64,000 bases of DNA, taken from the NCBI GenBank assembly GCA_015680685.1, contig MNCI01003186.1:1143570-1207569 (forward strand), written 5' to 3'. The translations under genes were made by a program, and so were the position numbers. Each line of letters starts with the position of its first letter. Position 1 is the stretch's first letter. Positions 53,800 to 64,000 of the stretch are shown here, one piece after another. The notes under the pieces are model-generated. The model was not told where the DNA came from. It did not search any database and saw only the letters and a program-made list of their open reading frames with translations. The stretch is from Gnetum montanum (taxonomy: Eukaryota > Plantae > Gnetophyta).

Positions 53800-54155
53800 T
53801 GTAGAGGTTATTGTAACTCAAAACAATTGAAACATAGGTATACCCTAAAATATGTAATCCACATACATAGAATTTTATAACTTAATATTGTCCACCAAAA
53901 TCGAACCCATGACTAAAAGTTTCCAAATCAAGAGTTGAACCCAAAATAAATGAAACATAAGTACACCCCAAACTATATAGTGCAATAACAATACTTGATG
54001 TGTGGGGTGTTGAAACCCAAAATAAGTGATACATAGGTACACCACAAAATAAAAAGTTGAATATACACTTTATATAACTCAAACATGATCCAATGGATTC
54101 AAATCAATAACCTAGAAATTTCAAATCAAGTGCCTTACCACTAGGCTAACACCTA
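53800..54155 (-). mobile_element. SINE cluster (duplicate of 9150-9537)
   Basis: It has the same A-box head (TAGCCTAGTGG), a B-box-like GGTTCGATTT and the family tail. Confidence 0.55.
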
Positions 54156-55389
54156 TTATCAATCTCTTATATAGCAAGATAATAAGTGAGTGGTTTGGAT
54201 AGTCAAATGTATATAATAGTCAATAGCTCAACAACGCTAGTTTCATTGTTGTTAAAGCATTACTATCTATTGGAAATAATTTTATAAAGGTATGTCTAAT
54301 TTGTTGGGTAAGGAATGTAACTTGCATTGTACTAGTTATAGATTTTTTATAGGTTATCATCTATGTTTACAACCTTTGCATCTACATGAACTTCAAAATG
54401 AGGCCTATTTCACTAACTATGCCTATAGGAAATGCCTTGGTGGTTCGAAAAGGATACAAATAAAAATTATCAAAACCAAAATAAGTTGACTATCTAAATT
54501 TTCTCTAGCATATCTAATGTTTTTTCAATGAAGGTGGAGCAGGAGGAAGGGGTGAAGAAATATCACAACCCAAAAGAACTAAATCCGAAGATATATAACT
54601 AACATAAGGTTTTAGAAGAATTATAGAAGGATATAAGGATGCCATAAATATAACTTGAATTGGCAACCTCCTACCTTACAAGATAATGAGTTAAACACTT
54701 GGGTGTCGAACCCCAATATATATATATATATATATAATAAAACATTAGAAGAAAAAAGCACCAAAACACCAAATATACAAAAGAAAAAGCCTAGCATTTT
54801 TGGGGATGTCTTTTCAAGTTTCCATCCTTAACGCCAATCTTGAAAAACCACCCCTATGAGGTAGGAAATTATACATTCCATGAAAAAATTAACATTAGGT
54901 GAAGGGGGAGGTGGCCCCCAACTTGTCAATAAAATCAACATTATCAAAAGATACTATCCTCATTTCTTGACCAATAGTTGCAAACGAATTATTAGGAGTT
55001 AAAATATTTTGAACATGTTATCCATTTTGAAGATTTGACATGCAATCGCCAATAAATAGACTTTTTCAATGTTTTTTTTATTATGAAGAATCATTTGGAA
55101 ATCATTTGAATCGACAAGAAGTTTCTATGAGACTTTAGGAACAAATATTTGTTTCTCCTTACTCATTAAAGAATTCTTTGTAATTGATTTAACTAAAATA
55201 TTTTTCAAAGCTACATTTTGTTGAACAATAGTAAAAGAAAAGGGTGGGCCAATTGTTGAAGCATTAGTAAAAGAAATTTTTATCTATATCATTTGTAGAA
55301 AAAACCTCTGTAGCATCTACAACATTTGTAGAAGAGACTTAATTAGTGTTTGAAGTAGCTTGGTGTTAACATACTTGCATAGCCTTTTT

Positions 55390-55650
55390 TTGAATCAAAA
55401 AATTAATTTGGATTCATGTTTGGAAGATATACTATAGATGCTATTTTTTTAATATGAAAATTAATGGAGAAATTTAAAAAAAAGAACATTAAAGAAAATC
55501 CACATATGATCTTCATTGACTTAGAAGAATCATATGAAAGAGTACTTAGAGATATTTTTTAATGGGCCTTGAAAAGGAAATACATCACTGATAAGTATAT
55601 TAAAGTGATTTTAGATATGTATGAAGGAGCTACTACTAGAATTAGAATAA
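55390..55650 (+). mobile_element. RTE LINE reverse-transcriptase fragment
   Basis: The frame reads FGFMFGRYTIDAIF...HMIFIDLEESYERV...WALKRKYITDKYIKVILDMYEGATTRIR. Confidence 0.85.
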
Positions 55651-55944
55651 CTTATGAAATTACACTCTCTTAACCAAGTAATAAGTTAAAGTGATAAGAA
55701 TGTCACAAATATTAAGTTTGATGTAGAGAAATAAACATTGCAACCCTATACTTTTATAAACACTCATACATGTTACTTTTTTATTAGAATCCATAGCTTA
55801 TCCTAGCCTTCCACCTATGCTTACAACCTACAAGTTTAACTATCCTAGGATAGTTTATACTCATATAGACAATATACATATTGACCTACCTAATGACTCT
55901 ATGTGTAGGTCCAAGTAGAATTGTGTTTGACAGTCATCTAGGAG

Positions 55945-56097
55945 GTGGTGTTGGAACCTTAAAATAATTGTAATATAGTTACACCTCAAGATATATAGTT
56001 CAAACAAAATTTTATTGTTAAGCATTTCCCACTAGAATCGAACCCATGACTTGTAGCTTTCAAATCAAGAGTCTTACTATTGGGCTAATAGCTCATT
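55945..56097 (-). mobile_element. tRNA-derived SINE copy
   Basis: The minus strand reads TAGCCCAATAGTAAG (A-box)...GGTTCGATTC (B-box)...GAGGTGTAACTATA...GGTTCCAACACC (tail). Confidence 0.6.
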
Positions 56098-57059
56098 GTT
56101 AGTATCACAATTTAAAATGAAGAATAATAATTTTTAAATAACCATAATCAATATAATTGATCACACATGGTATAACTAGCTATATATAGAATGCATACTT
56201 TTATGTCTACCATGTGAAATGAACAATAGAAAAAATAAACTCTAGTATAATGTAAAAAAAGATACCAAAGAAAAGAAATTAAAGAAAAAATAAAGTAAAC
56301 ATACTAATAAGCAACCTCAACATTTCAATATATTAACCTTTTGAGCTTAAAATTTCAATATATTATAGGAGGGAATTTAGTATTGAATATCAATGGCCTC
56401 AAGTATTAGCCTTAAGGAAGTCTAGTTGGGCACAATGTATGTCTTAATTTAAGAGATTTTTGTATGCCTATGAGTGCCATCACTAGTCACAAGTTCAAAA
56501 TGGTATTTGTAGCTATGCTCTAACTCTTGAAAATTCATGTATTAAGTTAACTTTGAATTGACCATGCATCATGATGAATCATGAGTCATGATATTTCTAA
56601 AATTATATCGAAATTAAAAATATTAAAGGGCAACATCCATTGCTAATTAGATTGGGGTTGCAATAACGATGACCAGAATACCATAACTCAAAGTTGTCGT
56701 TATCAATCAATTACAAGTAGTAGTGAAGGTTACATTCCTAAGAACCAAATTCAAGAAAATATTTTTATGCAATTTGCTTTTAACATTTGATTAAGCTCCC
56801 CTAAGACTAGCAAGATGCTACTAAGCTAAACTTCAGTCCTAACAAAGAAAAGAAATCTAAAGCTTAAAACAAACAAAAGTTGCATATAGTAAAATCCTAC
56901 ACTTAAAAATTACTATTATCCAGCTATTTAGTCTTTTCACTTCAATCAAATCTAATGTTCTACTAAAAATTGACAAGAATATCATAACATTAAAGTTAAT
57001 AAAATATTTTTTGCTACAATTTTGATTGTTCTTACTTTCATAACTTAATATTCTAATAT

Positions 57060-57135
57060 ATTAGCTTAATGGTAAGAGCTTTGGTATGGAAACCCTAAGT
57101 CATATGTTCAATTCCAATGCATAATGTTGAGTGAT
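57060..57135 (+). mobile_element. SINE head fragment
   Basis: Reads TAGCTTAATGGTAAGAG...GTTCAATTCC...TGTTGAGT. Confidence 0.45.
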
Positions 57136-57493
57136 GGAGTAAAAAAAAAATTTATAAAAGGAAATTTTCTCTTTCTGATATATTCAAAAGGGGGTCTTTG
57201 TGGACTTAAGTAAAAATTTTGTAGTTTCACTATATATTTTGCTAGGAGCTAGTTAATGGAATAACATGTATATTTAACTTTTGATTAGGTTAGTGGTAAA
57301 AGTTTCCTAATCAAAAGTTTCCATTAAGCAAGATCTTAGGAGGGTCAATAGATGAGTCAAAGCCTAACCTCTTCAAGTGGTTGGGGCTAGGATCAAACCC
57401 AAGTATTTGACTTGAGAAATGTGCACCTTAGCATCACTCCAAATGATGATCCCTATTATACAACACTAAATTATAGATTTAAAAAGAAATTCC

Positions 57494-57494
57494 N
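57494..57494. other. Ambiguous base (N), possible contig join
   Basis: A single n is present, and the sequence character changes after it. Confidence 0.7.
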
Positions 57495-58772
57495 TTGCAA
57501 ACCATTGAGGCAATGGACGAAACATCACATCGTATTCCAATGGAAAGGGGTTTAGAGAGCTCCTACCCAAGTGGCCTAACATATTTTAATATCATGAGAA
57601 TTGTACCAAGTATTAAATATCTATGCCCCTTTGCCCACCTAAGTACATATTATCCAAAAACAATAAAAGCAGGTGATCCACCATCATCGAAATCATTAGT
57701 TGCTAAATACAAGATGGGGCAAACTTTTCAAAGGATCATTCATGGCTTATGACCAACTTTAGCATTCTCACATGCTCTCATTTTTGAATGATAACTATAT
57801 TATAAAGGTCATGAAATGTAAAGAAAAGAAAACTGCCCACAAAGATTTGAGATGCACCTAATTTTGAGACGCGGCTCTGTAATGCAGATCACTTGCAGTT
57901 GTTACTAAAACTTGATGTTCGTTTTTTGTCATTTCTTAGTTGCCGATGCATTTATATTTCAGGTGTTTTTATTTTCTGTGTGCTGAGATTACTATTTGAA
58001 ATAGTATTATAATGTTAAACAAATAAGTTTAAATAATTTGTTTTTGTTGCTTGGTCAATTTATATAATCTCTTTTTATTTTTCATGATTTAGTTTCTTAG
58101 ATTGTTTGATGATGTTCAAAGAAGATTGATGCTAAATTGCAGTTGTACAGCAATTAATAGGAATATTAAAAATAAAAAACATGAAAAAAGTGATTAACTA
58201 TGATTAAACAAACTATAAATAATAAATACTATTTTGTTAATAAAGTCTAAAATAGTGATAATATTAGAGCCCCAAAAGAATCTATGAGTACATGTAAAGA
58301 CAACTATTACAAAAGAATCTAGCAATACTTTAAGAACCTGTACTTTGAAAACCTTTTACTTAACAACCCAACACATCTAACAAGAAATAAAAACCAATTA
58401 TAAATAATATTAACCTTGGACTATCATTTATGACAGGTCCATTCCAAAAGTTTAACTTTGTTAATCAAAACGATAGAGAAATTACAGCATACAAAACTGT
58501 TCATTTATGTCAATAAAACCAGCAGCACTCCAGGAATGACACTTGAGGGTGCCCGCATCTTAACACAAAAATATTCCCATTTGCCAACTTTTGAAATCAG
58601 AGACCCTGCTTACAACCAAAATGGATAAAAAATTGGATGCCGCAGCGTGCAGCAACCACGATAAACAGACGGCAGAGAAGCCATGACGGTCAAACAAATC
58701 CGGTGACTTCTTCACACATTGCACCCAGACTTTCACCTCACTTACTCATACCAACAAACAGCCCGCCCACTT

Positions 58773-58780
58773 TATAAATA
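58773..58780 (+). promoter_or_regulatory. TATA box of the root-cap-like gene
   Basis: TATAAATA lies about 70 bp upstream of the ATG at 58844 and is followed by a CA-rich leader. Confidence 0.6.
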
Positions 58781-58843
58781 AATCTCACTTATCATTTCAA
58801 TATTAAACCCAAAAACAGTTACTCACAAAACCATTACACACAA

Positions 58844-60140
58844 ATGGCTTCTTCTTCTTCTTTGTCTGCAATCTCCCAAGCTGTTCTTCTGGTCTGCCTG
58901 ATTCTCTTGGCAGGATCAGCAGTGACAGAAGAAAAGAATTTAGCTGTGCCAACTCATTTCACAAAACTATCCAAAAGAGTAGGAGCAGGAGGCGAGGAGG
59001 AGTAAAAGCAGGAGAATCCACGGTATTCCTAACCACAGGCAAATGTTTTCTGAAGACGCTTTACTGTCCAAAGGAATGCCCTTACCGGAATCCCGCATAT
59101 CCCCATGTTATGTGAATTGCATAGAATGCAAGGTGTCGTGTTGGTGCTCGGTGCTGGGCTGCTCGCCCTTTGTTGGCGCTGATGGCCGACTGTTCTACTT
59201 CGTTGGCGCCGATGGCCAACTATTCTACTTTCGTGACTTCACCTGGCTACGTCCTCACTGTCGCCACTGCCCACCCCACCTGGGATGAGGACGTGGATCA
59301 CATCCAGATCACCTTTGATGGTGTCCCTGTTGCCCTCCCGGAGGATCCAGTGGCCACATGGGCATCACCAGGGATAACCTGCTGTACAGGTTAGTTACCT
59401 AAGTTCTTTTTCACCATTTCTTTACAAAGAAGAAGAGCTGGTTTTTCTTTGTATCATTTTTATAGCCATTTCTTTGTATCTTCTTTAAGCATTATTTTAA
59501 GGGATTTTAACTACTGTGATGTTTTTCCAGGTAATTTTTTGGAATCATCTTCAATGGTTCTGATCTTTTTTGTATGGTAATTTCTTAGTGTTGTTATCAA
59601 CGGTGTTTCCCATGTATTTTTTTACCGCAATAGTAATGTTTTTATAGCAATTTTTTCATGTCATCTTCAATGGTTTTTTCAACTCCAAGAGATTAAGATT
59701 ACAGCTCATTGACCAACTGTGCGAGGACCTGGGCTTAGTGGAATGAGCAATGTAGCTCCGGGTGATGATAATAAGCTTTTTGACAATTTCATTCTAACAT
59801 TTTCAAAACTCAGGAAGGTGGCGGTGAATGATGTGGCGGTGCGTGTGGGCAACGTGGCGGCGGTGAATGATGTGGCGGTGCGTGTGGGCAACGTGGCGGT
59901 GGTGATGGCGTCGGTGGTTCCGGTGACGGAGGCCGATGGTGCCGCCCATGGTTACGGTGTGCCATGGCTGAACTACTGCTTTAAGCATCTGGATCTGCGC
60001 TTCAAACTGCTAGCACTTACCGACAAGGTCGACGGCCTGCTGGGCAGACGTACCGCAAGGGCTACGTCAGCCGTATGAAAGAGGTCCTCTCCCATGCCTG
60101 TCATGGGTATCTCTGACTGCCTTGCCGGCACCATTTTTAA
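58844..60140 (+). pseudogene. Secreted root-cap / LEA-related protein pseudogene (Root_cap domain family)
   Basis: Signal peptide MASSSSLSAISQAVLLVCLILLAGSAV, with a stop at 59003. Shifted frames give KCFLKTLYCPKECP, FVGADGxLFYF, RDFTW, TWDEDVDHIQITFDG, VVPVTEADGAAHGY...CFKHLDLRFK...VDGLLG/TYRKGYVS/PMPVMG. There are multiple deletions and frameshifts and a roughly 430-bp AT-rich insertion. Confidence 0.88.
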
Positions 60141-61176
60141 TAATAATAATAACAACAAACAGTAGTAATAGCACCAGTTATGCGTCCATTCTGCATCTTC
60201 CCCCTTCTAGAGGGGCACAGAGTGGTCTCCTGTGCAGGCCGTGAATATTTAATCTCGTTTTTTCTTTTTTGTTTTTATTTCTTGGCCGCGTCTTTGTGTA
60301 AAGCGTAACTAAGTGGAAAAAGAGATGTGATTGGTCTTGTTATTGGTGTCATTTGCTGCGTTCTCGTGGTATGTGTTTTGTGGTTCTTGGTTGCTGAATA
60401 ATCATCTTCCCCTTTTGTGGTTGAAGAATAGCCTTGGTATTTTACTCTATGAAATAACACCGATGATGTACTTCTGGTACTGGTCTTACAGCTTATAGGT
60501 TATCAATCAAATATTTTGGTTGGATTTTACCAATTTTAGAATTCTTAAAGGATTAAAAGTGGAATGCTAATTTAATACCTGATTTTGTGCTTGTATCATG
60601 CTACCTGTGAAATTGAAATTGAATATTTTATTATGCCATTACACTTTTTGGATCTATTGGATTGTCGAAATATATATGCTATGAGTTTTGAAAACATCAT
60701 TAAGAAAATTACCATGTGTTTTTGGGAACATTTAGAACAAATCAATTAAATTTACAACCATGCTATAATATCTCATCTATGTCTAATTTGTGCTCCAATG
60801 TAGCATATTGTAAGAAATTAAGGTATTCATTTTCAATGTTGTTATTCAACTATAATTGTACATATAGCCAAATAATTTCAGATTTTATTATCCTATCTTA
60901 CCTTTTGCAAAGATTGTTTCAGTTTTAATAAATCCATTTCTTTTGTAAAATTTAATAAGGTAAAAGGGCTTTTTGTAAAGAGAAGAAGAATAGTTGCCAA
61001 AAGAAAAATAAAAACAATAATCAGAAACAAATAACAAATTGCAACAAAAGCTTATTCATTTTCCAACTTGAGTGTAATTCATGTAACTTTTGTATTGTGA
61101 AGGGAATTTGTTTAATGTTTTCTTTTTTGTTTAAGAAAAAAATGTTCAGGAAAGAAAAACTATATTGAAGTTGTGG

Positions 61177-61358
61177 ATAGAAAAAATAATTTAAAATTAA
61201 AGATATGAAAAATCAACTTAATATCAATGATATAAATAACCAAATGGCAATAAAGAAATCAAAGAAAATAGAAAAAAATAATTTAAAACTAAAGATATGA
61301 AAAATCAACTTAATATCAATGATATAAATAACCAAATGATAATAAAGAAATCAAAGAA
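61177..61358. repeat. About 91-bp tandem duplication
   Basis: TAGAAAAAATAATTTAAAA(T/C)TAAAGATATG...AAAGAAATCAAAGAA occurs twice. Confidence 0.85.
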
Positions 61359-61423
61359 GACAAAGGCTATTGTAACTATTTTTACTTGTATTACAATAAG
61401 AATTGATTTGTTTGAATAGATAG

Positions 61424-64000
61424 TGATGAGTGGTGAGGTACCCCTACGCCCAATCATACCAATCACATGTGTTCATGTACAATCCAGTTAAATTTTGCAG
61501 AGTTTAATTACCAAGCACGTTAGAGCTAAATGGTTAGTTTGTGTTGTTCGTTCATTGTCTTCTTAGTCTCACTTGTGAAATGCAAGTGTATGGTTAAGTG
61601 TGATTGAGGCATAAAATTTTTATCATTTTATGTTTTATTAATTTGATTACCTAAAACAATAATGAAAGTGAGAGTAATTAAATGCTAAGTGAACTATTGT
61701 CTAATCTAGCCTAACACAAGTAACTGTCCCCACTTTCCAAACACATCTTGAACTTCATGTAAACACTATTGGGTTGTCAAACGCTAATCGTTTCTGAGCT
61801 ACCAACTGTCACACGTATGTTTAAAGGGGTCATGCTTATGTATTTTAATTAGTTGCTTAATTAATCAAAATTAAATTCTAAATCAATAACATTAATGTAA
61901 ATTGCATGAAATCACGATATATAAATGCATAAAGAAAGAAAATCTCAGGTGCTGCAAGGATGAATGAAAGAGCTCATCTTTATTGCCAACACAATAGTGT
62001 GCTCAAGTACATCAATGCTTGAATAAAGATCCAATTACACTTTAACCTCATATTGTGGGCACTTGAAAAATATTTTAACTCTCGAATGAACAAACTGCAA
62101 GAATTTTGCTACTTGACTTCAAAAACTACTCCTGAATTGTGTGCCCAAGGGTTGTATTTATAGGCTTGGGAGTACCCCTTGATATTACATGCCTAATATC
62201 GCATCTTGGGTTGCTATATTGCATACCTAATATCATGTACTCGATATCGCGATCACCCCCATATCAAAGTTTATGCAAAACATGATTTATCATACCCCCT
62301 CAACTAAATGAAAACTTGTCCTCGAGTAAACAAGAAGAGGAATAGGTCCCTTACAAAATATATTAGGAGGTATGGAATGTTTGAATGACATGCAGATTGA
62401 CACAGAGGAAGAAAACAAATACAGAAGTGCCCGAGCATACATAATTACAATTGTGTACAAGGTTGGATGTTCATGACAACAGGAAAGGACATCCTTGGAT
62501 CCAATGGACATCTAATCCCTCTTGGCAAAAAAAGAGTGAGGGAGAGGTAGAAGAGATCCAACGATCATGAACAATCTCTTATGAGTGATATTGGTGCATC
62601 ATCCTTGGTGAAGATAGTCCCACTTCCAGTCCTTGATCCTCACTGCAATCAATACAAAATCAAGGATTAGTATATAAAGTGTAATACATAGAAGTTGAAT
62701 ACCTTGTCTTGTTAGTGATTTTATCTAACAAAGTTATGATTGTGGTAGATTGGTTGCTTGATAATGTGAGTGGGAAGACTGACAAATGGGTTAAGTAAAA
62801 GAAGTGGTCCATAAAATTTAGAAAAAACTTAACATAAGGAATATTAAAAAGAGTGTATAGAAGCTCACAACAATAAAAGGAAGAAATTCACTAAAATTAG
62901 TTGTGAAGATGCCAACGATTGGATGACATTGATGGGGTTAATAAAAATAATTTGATTGTAAAAATATCTAGTGTTAAAGAACTTAACTTGACCAAACTAA
63001 AAGATATACAAGTGGGTCCTTCCCAAAGCAGGCACACACATTTTATGCCCTTGCATAAACCAAGGAGTCCGTGGGCTTCGTGGATGATTAATGGTTATGG
63101 AAGGTTAAGTACAAAAATCCAAAAGTAGCTGACTAAGAAACCCAACACATCCAACTAGAACATAGAATTAAAACATAAAATTTGGTAGTGAGGTAAGACA
63201 TAAAAAGCATAGATGGATGAGAAAGAGAATGGAATGGAGTTCCTAATTATGGTCACATAAAGTTCCTTATGGAGTTCATGATTAAATGACTCGATAGGAT
63301 CCATCCTTCGTCCAAACTAAAACTGACCACTTTCAGTGACTTTGCATCAACATTTTAAGACTAGTCCATCCCCTGAGACACAAGAATGCTTGCAAGAAAC
63401 AACCACCATTCCAGATTTGAGAAGAAGTAGGAAGTGAAAAAGGACCTTAGTTAGAGGAGATAAGAGAAGTCCCATAACTAGTGCTTGTAGCTGTTTTATT
63501 TTGTCTAAAGGGGTGTGCTTTGAATTTCCATATTAATTTTTGAATGGAAAGCACACCATGCAAAGACCCATGCATTTTTGCATTTATTTTGTCCAAGGGA
63601 TGTGCTTTGAATCTTCATCTTCTTCTTCTTTTTTTGGTGACGACCACACCATGCAAGGACTTATTTGACCTCCTATTGTGGAATGACATGGAATGATGAG
63701 AAGCTCACGAGAACACCCCCATACATAGGAAAATGAAAAATTAGAAAGAAAAAAGTGTCTCTTTGAAGCCACATCCTATCTAAACCTTTTATTCCTTTGC
63801 AATTTCGAAAACTGCACAAGTCAAAAATTTATTAAGGTTGTATTAATGAAAAAGGAACTACATGTTTCCAGAATAAGAAAAACCATAGAGTGTGTGGATG
63901 GGTGGATGATGTGGACTCACTACCTATTACATGAAAAGAAACCATGTCCTAGTTGTCAATAACGACATTCAAAGTCAGAAACTAGACATCAACAATCAAA
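61424..64000 (-). mobile_element. Athila-like element F, 3' part (3' LTR 61424-62292, PPT, 3' internal region running out of the window)
   Basis: On the minus strand the LTR ends GGGGTACCTCACCACTCATCA, like LTR D. CTCGAGGACAAG...GAGGGGGTA precedes the LTR. 63400-63530 matches the D internal region 33180-33320 in reverse. Confidence 0.85.

Larger units (their letters stand above)
53021..55381 (+). repeat. Segmental duplication, copy 2 (equals 8349-10298 joined directly to 25455-25945)
   Basis: The junction ATTAACATTAG|GTGAAGGGGGAGG at about 54898 joins sequences that lie 15.2 kb apart in copy 1. Confidence 0.95.

Noticed and set aside
59390-59813. Intron in the root-cap gene (GTTAGT...CAG)
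   Set aside because: Splicing at these sites does not restore the reading frame, so it is treated as an insertion.
59803-59988. His-rich minus-strand ORF
   Set aside because: It is antisense to the Val-rich duplicated segment of the root-cap pseudogene.

Overview
This is AT-rich land-plant nuclear DNA, dense in transposons, with no intact protein-coding gene and no prokaryote-type system. It holds a rearranged local segmental duplication: 8349-10298 plus 25455-25945 corresponds to 53021-55381, and 150-378 is an inverted copy of about 44215-44443. The duplication carries two broken copies of an APEM9-like peroxisome gene (exons at 1-334 on minus, 43383-46486 on plus) and two copies of a micro-exon cluster that may be its 5' end. 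LTR retroelements are nested throughout. Four are minus-strand Tat/Ogre-like Ty3/gypsy elements with a tRNA-Asn-type PBS; one is complete (13496-22790, TAATT TSD). One Athila-like element is also complete (28327-35319, ACTAG TSD), with related LTRs elsewhere, and there is a Ty1/copia remnant. Both complete elements encode gag and protease but no RT/RNase H. Also present are tandem-amplified PIF1-helicase 3' ends (Helitron/Helentron-like) beside a 438-bp foldback, RTE and L1 LINE remnants, a tRNA-derived SINE family, several LTR-borne tandem arrays, and a disrupted secreted root-cap/LEA-related gene (58844-60140). Family assignments come from motif recognition by eye, not database searches; boundaries of degenerate elements are approximate.
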